Assembly: GCF_009914755.1 (NCBI RefSeq)
Contig: NC_060934.1
Source: the human T2T-CHM13v2.0 reference genome, Homo sapiens
Length of the DNA: 64,000 bases
Reading direction: 5' to 3' (one strand)
Both the position numbers and the translations under genes were made by a program. Each line of letters starts with the position of its first letter. Within the stretch, counting starts at the first letter, position 1. The notes beneath the pieces were generated by a model. It had not been told where the DNA came from. It did not search any database and saw nothing but the letters and a program-made list of their open reading frames with translations. This document shows positions 13,301 to 31,600 of this stretch, piece after piece.

Positions 13301-13935
13301 TAAAGGATTTTTTTCTGTAGAAAACTACCATATTTTAGTAAATTTTCTTCTAGATACATGCATATTTTCTAAAATCTCACAATCCTTTCTTTGGAATTCC
13401 GTAATATTATTCTGTAGAATTATATAGCAAGATAAACATTTGATGCATTTTATTAGGTTTATTTTTCCCTTCACTCTTGACATTACTTCATGATATTTCT
13501 CTTATTTAAGCAGGAGTGAAGTTGTTCTCTGCTTACAGCTTCAGAGAAAGGAGGACACAACAGCATGTGAAAATCAATAAAGTCAATGCCATGCCCATGG
13601 GTTTTAAAAGTCCAAGTCTTGAAGGACCCAGGGCATAAACAATAGATTTTTAAAAATAGATGAAAAGGCAAACTACCTCACTTCCATGTTAACTAAAAAC
13701 TCGCAGGAAGAAAGGAAGTCATAAACATAAGAGGGAACACTGAATTGTGTTCCTGTACACTGACTTATCCCCATCCCTGGTCCAACTTGTGTATGTGTGA
13801 AGAGGGAGAGGAGGCTGCAGGGTAGCAGGACATTGGAGTTCTGATTATTCCAGAGTAGAGGATATTTGTTTGTGGCCTTTCTTGAGAGAGCAGTGGAACT
13901 TTAGATTTCCCCTTTGCCAAGCTGCAGACACAGCA

Positions 13936-14466
13936 TGTAGGTGGTATGCTGTGAGATAGCCTCCAAAGGTCCACACCACCAAGTGTCAGGCCCTGCTGTC
14001 ATCCCATTCCCTTGAACATTGGCTGGACCTATAATTTCCTTTGGTCAAATGGAATATGGCACAACTAAGAGCATGTCATTTCTGAAACTATGGTTTCCAC
14101 CTTGCTGTCATCCTCAGAAAAGAAAAAGTCTTTTTCTGAGGATCTCAGAAAAAGAAAAAGAAAGTCTTTTTCTGTTTCATCAAATTGGAGAAAGTGTGCT
14201 ATCATGTGATGAGTGGTCCTATGGAGAAATTCACAGGAAAAGAAACTGGTCTCTGGCCAAGATCAGCCAACAACCACATAAGATGGCTTGAGATAACTGC
14301 AGCCCTGCATAACACCTTGCTTGTAACCTTGTAAGAAAACTTGAACCACAGAAACAGCAAGGCCTGGATTTCTGAATCAATGTTGATATATGTGTTTGTC
14401 ATTTTAATCCACTAAGTTTTTGACTTGATTTTTTTTTCTTTTACAAAGCAATAGAAAACGCATACT
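13936..14466 (+). mobile_element. MLT1 (MaLR) LTR
   Basis: cccattcccttgaa, ttggtcaaatggaatatggca, ttttaatccactaagtttt, aagcaatagaaaac end motif. Confidence 0.65.
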
Positions 14467-15252
14467 GAGAGCATTATATGGGGTGATTCTGCAAATAGAT
14501 TTGAGACTGGTTCTCAACCCAGTTCAGCGATAGTAGAATAATATCGTATTTACCCGTCAATAGCCCTGAGGAAGTACAGGGTCTTTAAAAGCTACATAAA
14601 TTTCATTTAGATCCAGAGTAACATGAGAGCAATGAATGTAACCAAATATTTTCTGACCCTTGAGAGGAGAATGGCATTTACTGAGAGGAAGCTGAAACTT
14701 CAGAGACTGTGTACTAGGTTAAAAAAAAGATGATCTACCAGTTAGTTATTTTGAGTTAAAAAACAGTGCAAGATGGTATAATGCATACATTCAAGGATTT
14801 AGTGTATTGTGATAACAAAAACCAGATATTACCCCTCCTCTGTAAGCACTGTCACACACAGAGTGCTCACTCTGCTCTCCACTTCCAAGAACTTAGAATT
14901 GGAATGACTCAGATTAAATTTCTACCATCAAGTAGAATGTAAATATCGAAACATGTTCAAGGTAATTTAAAAAAATCACAAATGAATAAGTAGATGTAAG
15001 TTACATTTCACACATATTAGAATTTGTTCACTGAGATTCAAACTATAATAATAAAATAATTTTCTCCCATAATTTATAAATAAAATAAGCTGTATTAATA
15101 TTTCAATGATATTGAATTATCCTTACATTACTCGAATGAAGCTGATTTTGTCCTTTCCTACCTTTGAATAATCATTTTGAACCCCCAAAACAATAACTAC
15201 ATAAATTATAAAATAATTATAAATAATTTCAACAAGGAAAATACAGGGCCTT

Positions 15253-15642
15253 TCTCTTAACCTGTTTTCTGTTGCTTATAACAGAATACTTGAAACTAGG
15301 TAGTTTATAAAGAAAGTAAATTTATTTCTTACAGTTTTGAAGGCTGAGAAGCCCAAGGTCAAGTGGTGAGGGCCTGGTGAGGGCTTTCCTACTGGTGGGG
15401 ACTCTGCAGTGTTCTGAGCTGACACAGGGTATCACATGGCGACAGGAATAAGCGTTCTATCTCAGGTCTCTCTTTCTCCTCTGATAAAGCCAGTAATGCC
15501 ACTCTCATAATAAACCATTAATCAATGAATGGATTAATCTATTCATGAAGGCAGAGCCCAATCGTCTCTTAAAAGCCCCACCTCTCAATACTGTCATATT
15601 TCAACATAAGTTTTGGAGGGGAACAATATTCAAGCCACAGCA
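15253..15642 (-). mobile_element. MST/MLT1A-type MaLR LTR
   Basis: ataacagaatacttgaaactaggtagtttataaag...ggctgagaagcccaagg...ttttggagggg...ttcaagccacagca. Confidence 0.75.
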
Positions 15643-15666
15643 GTCTCTATTTAAAAAATAGTGGGA

Positions 15667-15816
15667 TTTTTTTGTTTTTGTTTTTGTTTTTTCCTTTTAG
15701 AGACAGGGTCTTTCTATGTTGCCCATATTGGACTAGAATTCCTGGCTCAAATTATCCTCTCACATCAGCCTCTGGAGTAGCTGAGAAGACTACAGATGTG
15801 TACCACTACAGCTGAC
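15667..15816 (-). mobile_element. Alu monomer (FLAM/FAM-like)
   Basis: T-rich tail followed by agagacagggtct...gagtagctgag...actacag. Confidence 0.75.
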
Positions 15817-15829
15817 AAAATAGCCATTT

Positions 15830-16470
15830 TAAATAAAATTTGTATTGGTATAATTTTAGATTCACATACAGTTATAAGAAATAATAGGAATATATCTTAT
15901 CTACCATTTACTTTACCATATTCCCCTAAATATAACATTGTACAAAAGTATAGTATAATATCATAACCAAGAGATCGACTTTGATACAATCCACTAGTCT
16001 TACTCAGGTTTCTCCTCTTTTACTTTTGCTTGGATGTATGCATGTGTATTTAGTGCTATAGACTTTTATTACATGTGTACACAGATTAATGTATCCACAA
16101 ACACAATCAAAATTCATTTTCACCAGCAATGTATGAGTGACACTATTTCTCTCCATCCTTATCAGGATTTGTTGTTTTTTATTTTAGTCATTCTGAGAAG
16201 GGTGCAGTGATAGCTCCTTGTGACTTTAATTTGCATTTCTCTGATGGCTAATGATCTTGAACATCCTTTCATGCGATTATTTACCATCTGTATATCTTAT
16301 TTAGTGAAAGGTATAGCCATGTCTTTTGCTCATTTGCTAATGGGAATACGTGGTTCTTTTACTATGGAGTTTTGAGAAATTTTTGTGTATTCCAGCCACT
16401 AATCCTATGTTGGATACGTGGTTTGCAAATATTTCTCCAAATCTGCTTTTTGTCTTCTTGTTTTCTTCAC
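15830..16470 (-). mobile_element. L1MC-like 3' fragment
   Basis: taattttagattcacatacagttataagaaataata 3'UTR signature; caccagcaatgtatgag...ttaatttgcatttctctgatggctaatga ORF2 C-terminus. Confidence 0.7.
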
Positions 16471-17699
16471 ATGGTCTTTCCTGGTATTGTCAGAAGTTCT
16501 CCCTTTTATATGGGGGAAAAACAACCTTACCTCTGCTGCCTTCTCTTATTAGGTTTGGGTAAAGAAGTGCAGGACTTTAACTGCTTCCTTCTGTTGGGTG
16601 GGGGGACATAAAACACAGTACTGCTGTGATTTCCCCCAAGTCCTTCCTTGGGTCTCAACCAGTATTCCTTCCTCTCAAAATCTCTTAAAGTTCACCTGTG
16701 ATTGCCTCTTCCACTATTTCCAGTGTTTATAGTTGTACTATGTGAGGACAAACAGAGAAACATTATCTCCGGACTAGAACTATAAGCATTTTTGAAGAAT
16801 ATAAAACATGAACCAAAAAACTAGATGAACAAGAACATGAAAGAGTGGCAACAATAAATATTGAATGATTATAGGCAGAAAAATAAATGGTATTATATCA
16901 AGAGAGGAAATCAATTGGGGGAAGTAGAACTGGGAACATTATGGGCATATAATATTTTAAAGATAGCTTCCTTCTCAAACCAGTATTTTTCTGAACCATT
17001 GCCAAAATTCCATCGCAAGATGTGGAAGATGCTATATGGAAATTGTAGAGATTCGGCAGCCAAATAGGACCCACTTCCTTTGTTTTTAACATCAGTTATA
17101 CAAGATTTAGGGGTCCATGGTTTTAGGAGAACTTTTCCTGTAACGACAAAATTACAGAAAAATTTCTATTCTGTAGTTGCTGAAATATCTGCTAGACAGT
17201 GACATGTACTACTTTCATATTCAAGGAAACATAATGCTAAACTGATATTCCTCCTCTGTCACCTAATATATAGGAATAATAAAACATCCAAAATTATCTT
17301 GATTGGCTATTGTAGTATTAATAAATTCTTAGTGAACAACATGCTATTAACAATTTAAAATTATAAGTTGAATAGAGTCTTCTATGAATAATAATAATTG
17401 AGTAATTACGAGTTTGGAAATGTTTTTAATATTTTGCCCTATAAGGAAAAAAGGGATACAGGAAAAAATAGAATTATAAATGATAATCCAGTTATTGTTT
17501 ACTAGAACTCTTAATCAGACTGAAAGCTGTAAAATTCTATTTGTGTTCTGAAGTATGAGAAATTATTAAGGACTTCCAAGACTCAGTCAAATACTGCATT
17601 GGAACTGTTAAATAGCAGATTTATAAATTGTAGATTATAGAAATAATCTCTCTACTTTCCAAAGACCTAAGGAGGAAAGCATAACTTGTTCATTCATAA

Positions 17700-17870
17700 T
17701 AACATTAGCTAATATTTATAGTGAATTTCACGAGTTCTCAGTGCTATCCTAAGTATAATTTTACATACATTTATTCATTTACTTCTATTAACTATATAAG
17801 GTGGTTACTCATCATTCTTTGCATTTCCATATGTGATTACTGAGGTCTAGAATGAATAATCTTCCCAAAC
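17700..17870 (-). mobile_element. MIR fragment
   Basis: tagctaatatttatag...ttattcattta...actgaggtctaga. Confidence 0.5.
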
Positions 17871-17936
17871 TCTAAATATTGTTGCTAGACTACAAAGCGA
17901 TTTAGGGGAACCAATAAACCATATAGAATTATTTTT

Positions 17937-18245
<309 letters not shown>

Positions 18246-18363
18246 TATATTTTTTTCTTTTTTTTGTTATTGGAACTAAAAGTAATTTTTAACTTACCTG
18301 GTGACATTTTATATACTTATTTATTTACTTGTCTGTTTGTTTTTAAAATATCTTGTTACATAC

Positions 18364-20646
18364 TGTATTAGTTCATTTTCACGCTGCTGATAAAGACATA
18401 CCAAAAACTGGGAACAAAAAGAGGTTTAATTGGACTTACAGTTCCACATGGCTCAGGGGGGCTCAGAATCATGGTGGCAGGTGAAAGGCACTTCTTACAT
18501 GGTGGTGGCAAGAGAAAAATGAGGAAGAAGCAAAAGCAGAAACACCTGATAAACCCATCAGATCTTGTGAGACTTACTCACTATCATAAGAATAGCATGG
18601 GAAAGACCAGCCCCATGATTCAATTACCTCCCCCTCAGTCCCTCCCACAACACATGGGAATTCTGGGAGATACAATTCAAGTTGAGATTTGGGTGAGGAA
18701 ACAGCCAAATCATATCATTTCAACCCTGGCCCCTCCAAATCTCATGTCCTCACATTTAAAAACCAATCATGCCTTCACAACTGTCCCCCAAAGTCTTAAC
18801 TCATTTCAGCATAACTCAAAAGTCCACTGTCCAATGTCTCATCTGAGACAAGGCAAGTCCCTTCCACCTATGAGTCTGTAAAATCAAAAGCAAGCTAGTT
18901 ACTTCCTAGACACAATGGGGGTATGGGTATTGTGTAAATATAGCCATTCCAACTGGGAGAACTTGGCCAAAAACAAAGGGCTTACAGGGCCCATGAAAGT
19001 CCAAAATCCAGTGGGGCAGTCAAATTTTAGAGCTCCAAAATGATCTCCTTTGACTCCAGGTCTCACATCCAGGTCACACTGATGCAAGAGGTGGGTTTCC
19101 ATGGTCTTGGGTAGCTCTGCCTTGTGGCTTTGCAGGTACAGCCTCCCTCCTTGCTGCTTTCATGGGCTGTCATTGAGTGTCTGTGGCTCTTTCAGGCACA
19201 CAGTGCAAGCTGCCAGTGGATCTACCATTCTGGGGTCTGGAGGATGGTGGCCCTCTTCTCATGGCTCCACTAGGCAGTGCCCCAGTGGGGACTCTGTGTG
19301 GGGGCTCCAGTCTCACATTTACCTTCTACACTGCCCTAGCAGAGGTTCTGTATGAGGGCCACACCCCTGCATCAAACTTTTGCCTGGGCATTCAGGTGTT
19401 TCTTTACATCTTCTGAAATCCAGGTAGAGGTTCCCAAACCTCAATTCTTGACTTCTGTGCACCCGCAGGCTCAACACCACAGGGAAACTGCCAAAGCTTG
19501 GGGCTTCCACCCTCTGAAGCCACAGCCCAAGCTGTATGTTGGCCCCTTTCAGCCATGGCTGGAGCAGCTGGGACACAGGGCACCAAGTTCCCAGGCTGCA
19601 CAAAGCATGCAGACACTGGGTTCAGCTGAAAAACCACTTTTTACTCCTGGTTGTCTGGGCCTGCGATGGCATGGGCTGCCGTGAAGGTTTCTGACATGGC
19701 CTGGAGACATGGTCCCCGTGGTCTTGGGGATTAACATTAGGCTCCTTGTTACTTATACAAATTTCTGCAGTGGGCTTGAATTTTTCCTCAAAAAATAGGT
19801 TTTTCTCTTCTACTGCATTGTGAGGCTGCACATTTTCTGAACTTTTATGCTCTGTTTCCTTTTTAAAAGGGAATGCTTTTAACAGCACCCAAGTAACCTT
19901 TTGAATGCTTTGCTGCTTAGAAATTTCTTCCGCCAGATACACTAAATCATCTCTCTCAATTTCAAAGTTCCGCAAATCTCTAGGGCAGGAGCAAAATGCC
20001 GCCAGTCTTTTTGCTAACACATAGCAAGAATCACCTTTGCTTCAGTTCCCAGCAAGTCTCTCATCTGCATCTGAGACCACCTCAGCCTGGACCTTATTCT
20101 TTATATCACTATCAGCATTTTTGTCAAAGCCATTCAACAAGTCTTTAGGGGGTTCCAAACTCTCCCATTTTCCTGTCTTCTTCTGAGCCCTCCAAACTGT
20201 TCCAGCTTCTACCGGTTAACTCAGTTCCAGAGTGACTTCCACATTTTCAGGTATCTTTTCAGCAATGCCCCACTCTACTGGTACCAACTTACTGTATTAG
20301 TTCGTTTTCATTCTGCTGATAAAGACATACCTGAAACTGGGAACAAAAACAGGTTTAATTGGATTTACAGTTCCACATGGTTGGGGATGCCTTGGAATCA
20401 TGGCAGTAGGCAAAAGGCACTTTTTACATGGTTGTGGCAAGAGAAAAATGAGGAAGAAGCAAAAGCAGAAACACCTGATAAACCTATCAGATCTCATGAG
20501 ACTTATTCACTATCACCTGAATAGCACATAAAGACCAGCCCTTATGATTCGATTACCTCCCCCTGGGTCCCTCCCACAACATGTGGGAATTCTGGGAGAT
20601 AGAATTCAAGTTGAGATTTGGGTAGGAACACAGCCAAACCATATCA
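18364..20646 (-). mobile_element. Full-length THE1A provirus: LTRs 18364-18717 and 20293-20646
   Basis: Both LTRs run tgtattagt...catatca with THE1A-type gaggaagaagcaaaagcagaaaca; TSD catac/tatac; internal ORF remnant 19622..20020. Confidence 0.95.
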
Positions 20647-22394
20647 TATACCAGTCTGGTGAAAATTTAAAAGTTAATACAATATTCAACAGACACCAGA
20701 TTATTAATTTGTTCATATGTAAGTATATTGATTTATTTTATTATGTGCATAAATCAACTATTTTGTTGGCTTCATTATGCAACTCATATATACTTTCAAA
20801 GTGACTTTTCCTGATGTTCACTCTTTCTCTATTTTATTGGCCACAGAACTACTCAAATCAGAGTGGTTTCTAAACATCCCTTGGTAATAAACCCCTTCAA
20901 AAATATTAATAGATTTACAGGTTCCCTCATTTGCACCTCACATGCAAATACAATCATGGACTTACATGTGTTGATACAGTTTCTGATGGTATGCTAGTCC
21001 CCTAATGCTGCCACCAGGTTAAAAAAAATCTCCATTTCCTTTTCTATTTTCCAATTTGTATCAGTCAAGTAACTCAAGTCACCAAATTTGTACATTACCA
21101 ACTAAACACCTATTTGATGTTTAATGGCTAATCTGACATCCACCTGATGTGGATATAGTTATGCAAATTCTAAATATTTTAATTGGCTGTCTTAACTGGT
21201 ATTCTTCAATGACTCTGGTCATTAGAAGTTCATGGCATGTGTTCCATTAAATTATGATATTCTTCCCTTTATTTTATATGCTTTAATAGGTATATCTCAT
21301 GAAATATTAACATGAATAAGTCATGATAATTATGAACTGAAGAAATGTTAATATTATTACTTAAAAAGTGTCATGAGAAACCCTTTCAATGCCATCTTCA
21401 AGCATGAAATTACTCCTCCCACCAAAAAGGTTTGTGAACAGGACTGTCATGATCTCTGTATGCTAATGATGCCAGTCAGACGGAAACACCCAGATGCTAA
21501 TAGAACAGAGAGATCACTCAAGGGCAAAGAGCCGAAGCTTCATGCAGATGTGTTTGAGATCAGCAGGAAGGCAATCTGCCAGTATTTTGAAACATCCATT
21601 GAAAGAAAGGTGACTCTTCTTTGGAAATCAATTTTAAAAGATACTGTACTAAAACCCTTATATTTGTGTTCTGAAGTATGACAAATTATCAAGATCTGTG
21701 AAGATCCAGCCAAATTCTGCAATACAACATTAATATTCTGCCTCTAATTAAGAACATAGAAAAAAGAAGCAGATAATTTAGATAAGATTGTATTGAACCC
21801 AGCAATATAGGGTACACAAGAGGAAAAATAAGATAACTAGTTCAGGTGAGAACTGTTTCCTTAGTCATACAGGTAAAGGGTTATCATGAAATCCTTAGTG
21901 AGGAGGAACTGAAGACTGATGCCAAAATTTACTATATATCCTTGATAGCTCAGTAAAATATAGATCATGGTTTTAATATAGAATTATTACCTTGCTCTTC
22001 ATAAATTCTTTACACATATTCTCAAAATCCAAAATTATAAATTTTTTGAAGTACTATCATGGGTAGAAGGCAGCACCAAATATAGATAATGGGGTCTAGT
22101 ACTCAAATATGGATATTAAATAAGCACCTTATTTGTGAAATTATCTGTCAAAAAACCTTTATTCTCTCTGCTTTGCTCTATTTTAAAGTCTGCCTGGTTG
22201 TGTGTTGAGTGTTGTATGTGGTAGATATTTCCCCCTTTTCATACTAAGTTTATGCCATACAACATTGCTAGGTATTAAGACACACAAAAATACTCTCACT
22301 TTTTCTGAGTATATATTACATGTAAACACATATATGAACATGTGTTTGACAGTCCTTGACTTATAAAATCACTGTTCAGTGGTAGGTAGGCCTA

Positions 22395-22789
22395 TGTAAA
22401 CCTTCCCCTAAAGTTCAAGGAAGCTGACAGGTGGAAGAAAGAGGCTAGCAAATCCAGTTTCTTAGGAATAAACATTTAATGGGGAATTACAAACAGAAGC
22501 CACATACGTGTCTCAGGGAGCAGTAAGATGCGCAAGATAGTGGGTCAATGCACTATAACCCCACAGACCCAAGGTTTATATATTAACACCAAAGGGAAAG
22601 GATGATTCAGAATGCATGTGTAGGACAATTGGAGCATGGTAACATCAAGGTTGTTTGACTTAAGTGAAAGATTTACAGCAAGTACCTGCTCTTACACAAG
22701 TAACACTAGAAAAATTAGAAAACTTAGAGCCCTTTCTGGAACTGGGGCTCATCAGAAGTCAACGTGAAGCACAATAACTTCAGTTAACA
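22395..22789 (-). mobile_element. ERV1-class solo LTR (family uncertain)
   Basis: tgt...aca termini, antisense poly-A signal (catttaat), LTR-like composition. Confidence 0.55.
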
Positions 22790-23102
22790 AATGTCACTTC
22801 TTATAATATCAGACTCTTAGTTTATTGTATTTTTTTTTAAATAAAAAAACTAAAATGTGCCTTTTCGGACAATGTATGATCAGTCCACTCTAGATTACAC
22901 ATTTACAAATAGATGATGTAAATGTCCAACTCTCACTATTCTGAGAATTGGAATCTACTTCTTCTATTGCTTTGTAAATGTTTTATTTGCAGATTGAAAG
23001 TACTGTGAATAAGAATATTAATAACCTAACTGTAATAAGAATTTTAATAATTACATTAAAAATTATATATATAATAATTAATACACATATAATATTTATC
23101 CC

Positions 23103-23296
23103 TTGCCAGGTACTATTCTAAATAATAATGTAATTCATTACTAATTTAATTCTGACAACAATTCCATAATATAAATAATTATAGAATTGCTATTTTACAG
23201 ATGAGAAAACTGAGGCACAGAAAGTCAAAATAATTCGCTCCAAGACAAACAACTCATAAGAAGCAAAACCAGGATTTAACCTAGGCAATCTAATGC
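23103..23296 (-). mobile_element. MIR SINE
   Basis: Core attttacagatgagaaaactgaggcacagaaag. Confidence 0.85.
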
Positions 23297-24092
23297 TGTT
23301 CTGATGTAACATGTATTTGTTCAGCTTCTTTCTTTCTGTGAAAGTTAATTCCATATTACTCTGTTATTAGAATGCCATCAGTTTGAGCCATTATATGCCT
23401 TAGGGTTTTTCAAGAAAAGGTAATAAAAAATAGGCTAGCAAATTTTCTTTGATATCAAGTATGAAATGCACATTGATTTCAGGGGATTTAGAATATTGTT
23501 AAAAATGGGCAAATATAAAAGGCATAAGTCATTTTTATGTGTGATGTTCTTGAGGGTGAGAATATTAAGAAAAGTGTGTTCTATTTGCTATTTGAGAAAT
23601 ATTAAATTTGTTTGCACATATTGAAGAGGGGAGATTTCAAATATGAAGGAGAAAGAGAAGGACGAGAAAAACGAAAAGATGAAAGTTTCTCATTACAAGG
23701 CTTTCCATTCTCATAATGGAATATTGTGATGAAGCTGGACAGCATGAAGATGATATTATACCATGTATTTGAGATCAAAAACAAGCAATGATAGCACTAA
23801 TATCATTTGAGGCTGTGCTGGTGACAAATGGAAAACTATTAATAAAAAAAAACCTTGGATATACTTTTAACATGACTAAATGAAGTATTAGATTTCTATA
23901 CACTATTTTGTCTTGTTGTCCATAGATCTTTTTTAAAAAAATAAAATTAAGCCAATATTTTCCTATGAATTCTGTAGGCTTTCTAAAATACCACCCGAGG
24001 GAACAAAGTTTTTGCTGAAGAATCTTAACTTCTGAGTCTAAACCTTCTGCCAGGATGCATTCATTGTTTGGAAAATTAGTACTCAGGGAATA

Positions 24093-24575
24093 TGTAGTGG
24101 ACATCTGTTGATTTATTCTACTTAACACCCATTTTCTCCTTCTGTTAGAAGCAACTCCCACCTTAACTCTTTGCCCAATTACACACAGAAGCACACACAC
24201 ATGCATGTTTCTTTAGAACTGCTTCTCCCCATTAAATTCCACGTCATTCTAGTAGAGCTTCTAATCATAGTATCATACGCAAAGGCCATGGTAAACAGCC
24301 CCAGTGATTGGGTTTATCACAGAAGCTAGCTGTTCTTTCTTGAGTTTACATATATTGAATCGGAAAAATAAGTTTCTCCTCTATGAGACTGCTAAATTAT
24401 AGTAATACAAGCTTGGGGTTAACCATAGATATTTTCTCCCATCCTCCCACTTCATATGGAGACAGAAAGAAAGAGTGCATTGCTTCCCTTAATTCTTGTG
24501 GTTTTGCATTACATGAATTAATAAATTTCCTTTTTAAAAAATCACTTGGGTTTCTGTCACTTTTAAATAAAAAGA
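24093..24575 (+). mobile_element. Old ERVL/MaLR-class LTR (LTR33-like, uncertain)
   Basis: tgtagtggacatctgtt start, cagtgattgg, ttgggtttctgtcactt end motif. Confidence 0.5.
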
Positions 24576-26292
24576 GAAAAAGGAGGAGAGATATGTATTC
24601 CAATGACAGGTTATTGTAACTTCCCTAGACAATAACGGTGTTTTAATGACTATTAAATAGTTTCCTGATTAATGTACAGTCATAACAATAACATCGGGAA
24701 ATATATTAGAATCACATTTACACATACAACAAATATAAACCCGTAAATTAATTTGCAACATAACACAATAGGAGAGTTAACTACCATTCTTCTCTACCAC
24801 TCTTCTTTATCTACATAGTTTCATGTGTTTCATTTCCAAAAAAAAAAAGATTCTATGAATTCTACAAAATTGCAGGCATTTTTTACTATTCTGCAAACAG
24901 TGGGAATAAAATTGGGTAAAATTTTTAGTGATACATCTTAACCATTTTTTACATCTCTACTCGACTGCAGGTTTGAGTAGAGCATCTTAATATTTACTCA
25001 AAGATATGGGGTTAGAAAGGACTTGAGGGATCCTTTTAATAAAAAATCTTTTAATAAAATATCCAGAGTTAGTCTGGCATTCCTGCCAAAAAACACCTGA
25101 GAATAAGCTTTAGAAGTCTGTACAACTCAGGTTCCACTACAGACCTTCCCAATCTTCAGGAACTGCCTCTAGGAATGTGAATTTTGATAAAAACCTCTGT
25201 CATTCTGATGATGTTCACCTCTGATTGACAACATCATTCATGCATACATTGATTTTCTCTGTCATGTGCCTCAGTAAACACACTATGCTCTGAGACTAGA
25301 GACCCCTTGCAGTCAACATTAGGTAATATGGGACTCGCACAAGGAGGCGCTTAATAAATTTTTGTATCATAAATAAGTCAAGCTGCTTTGAATTCTTTAT
25401 TAATTTATCTAACAGAAAACATCTGAATTCCTGGTGTCACGACTTGTTTCTTCCTGTATATTAAAACACTGGTTTTTAGGATACTGTGTCTTCTTTTCAA
25501 TTACTTGTTTTATTAAGATGACATGTTATAATTTAAGACTAGAAATGTACCATTCAACATACTTGTAGTACTCACCCACCACTGTGCAAGAAGCTGGTAG
25601 AGCAGGGTACAGGATAAAATAAGGATGAGGGGATGGCTCAGGCTTTAGTGAAGGCACAATCCTGAACTTGGAATCATTATTGGTGTCCTACATAAGCCAA
25701 TCTGTTCTGACCTAGATGTACTCCATAAGACAAAGCAAAAAATGAGCATTTCCTAACCATAGCCGCAGTCCTTAGAGAGTGATGACAGAATAATATCCCC
25801 AAATGAATTAAAAATCTGCACAAAATTGAAGTGGCATATGCTGGATATTTGGAATAAATGAGATCACAAAGGTGCAGCCATATATACGAGGATGCATGGG
25901 AATACAATTTTTTTTAATGTAACTGGCTATGATGGAGGTCAGTTTGCTTGATTTGTGGGAAAATAACACTCTTCTTATTGCAGAAACTATATTTCACTTA
26001 ATGCATGTACATTTTTAACTTGCACAAAGAAGTAGGACAATACATAGCTGGGTGTTTTGTTTTTCAGCACCCATTCCCCCCTTTACCACTTTTTTTTTTC
26101 CTTTAGAGAAGGACTGTTCTCCTATCCTCTATCTGTGTCTTTGGACTATAAATAATACCACTTTACTGATATGAGGATAAACATATCATGATGACTAAGA
26201 TTGCCAAATTGGAATATCTCTACTCCTGGCCACAATAATTGGTTTGGAAATGAGCATATAGCCTAAACTATCTCAATAAGAATCAGCCTCCA

Positions 26293-29762
<3,470 letters not shown>

Positions 29763-30262
29763 TAACGTAAGGCTGGAGCTTCTTCTGAGTTGTTAGTCAC
29801 TACAGGGAAAACTGCTTGAGAAGAATGAAAATTATACAGAGAAAAGTACAACGAATAGGGAAGAGAAAGGAGAGAGACAGGAGGAAACATATTCATGGAG
29901 AGACAGACAAAGAGAGACAGATTAAAAGAAATAGACAGACCATGTGCTAATGACACTGTTTGAGGCTCTGTTTCCAAAGGTGCCTCAGGAGACCTCTTTC
30001 TCTTCCTTTGAGCTTCTTATTTATGTAATAAACTCCTTTATTGGTTTGGGTAAAATTGAGCCAATATTTCATGATTTGCACCAATAAAAATCCTACCTAA
30101 ACCAGATTGGCCAAGTGTTTTTAAAATTAAGCTTGAGACAAGCATGAGATGAATTTGAGGGTCAGACTGGATCTAACAGGGGCCCAGGATCTGTCTCCAC
30201 CTCCTCGGCTTTTGAGATCATAGAAACAATTACAAATTCCTAAAGGAGACAAGCTTGCTTGT

Positions 30263-30305
<43 letters not shown>

Positions 30306-30319
30306 CACACACACACACA
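30263..30319. repeat. (CA)n microsatellite with one interruption
   Basis: About 17 AC units, an A-run, then about 7 more units. Confidence 0.97.
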
Positions 30320-30464
30320 GTAATGCCTAAACTTCCTTTACAAAAAGAAAAGTATTTCACCCAATCAGAGATTAGTCAAGATATTAATGAAGTTAACGTC
30401 TTGTGGAGAATGGAGCGAGGGGAACTTATGGCTTCAGCTTTTTTTTCCAGAAGCACCAAGGAAG

Positions 30465-30580
30465 GATGAATTTCTCATTCAAACTAAAACATTTCTCAGA
30501 GTCAAAAAGCACACCAGTAATAATGACATCAGGACAACAGGGATGAATCGGAACTATCCTGGAGAAAACAAGGCATATTT
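30465..30580. mobile_element. MER81-like hAT MITE
   Basis: Resembles recalled MER81 consensus (taataatgacatcaggacaacaggg...aactatcctgg...aaggcatat). Confidence 0.5.
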
Positions 30581-31247
30581 ATTCTACATAAAAGGAATGA
30601 AATTGAAGAATGGAGAAAACACCATTTTTAGTCCAAAAGTCTCAAGATAAAATCTTTAATTTGTCTTTAATTTTATTTGGCATATTGCTTTACAATTCAG
30701 AATTTGTTTTTGTATTTTAAAAATTGAGTTACATCTTTTATCTTAAATGAGTTTGTTTTGAAACTCAATAGACATATTCAGTTTTAAAACTACTGAGTCT
30801 TCTTTTTTTAATTGAAATCTAATTTTCATAGAAGAAAAGAAGGACCACAAAGACCTTATATAGCTGAAGTGAGACAGAAAAGAAAAAAAAAAAAGGTCAG
30901 AAGCATGAAAAGTGGCCAAGAGTGTCTGTATATATACCTAGCACTGAGTTTATTCATTGGCTGGAGGTCATCCTATGACTTTCTTGAAGACTGAGGGCAC
31001 TACCTGGAGGTAACATGGGTACATTATTATGTATTAGCACAGATACTATGAGTCTTTGTAACAAGAACAATTTTGTGAGCGTTTCCATCAAGAGAATTGA
31101 TCATCGGGGATCTGGCAGCCTGCCTAGCTTATTATCCAGAGTAAACTCTGGCCCTACTCTGATCCATTTAAATATTATGTCACCTTATAAAAAATTCTTG
31201 CAAATAAACCTTCAAGGATTTTTAGTTCTACTTAATTCATTAAAAAA

Positions 31248-31600
31248 CAGCCTGGTGTAGACAGGGATTCAGAGATCTTTAAACATTAGTCCCAGGTCAA
31301 TGACCACGGAGCTGTGTGATCTTGAGTAAATCACCTTATTTCTGAAATGTGTTTTCCTAAATTGAGGGACCAGTATTGGTGTGGCTGAGCAATTAAGAGC
31401 AATTACTCAGCAGTCACATATGAATTCAAAGTGTGCATCCACCGTACATCTGTGGAAAATTATCTACCCTGCTAAATCTTTGGTTTATCATCTGAAAAAT
31501 AAGAAGAACATTAGTAACTATCTCATAAAGTTATTGAGGGCATAACATGAGATGCTGCACTTATCACAGCACCTGGTATACATGAAGGGCTCAGTAGCTT
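31248..31600 (+). mobile_element. MIR fragments
   Basis: gctgtgtgatcttgagtaaatcac; tcatctgaaaaat...tatctcataaagttattgagg. Confidence 0.6.

Noticed and set aside
21373-21681. 102-aa ATG-initiated ORF in apparently unique DNA
   Set aside because: No recognisable domain, promoter or splice context; length is compatible with chance, though a homology search would be needed to exclude it fully
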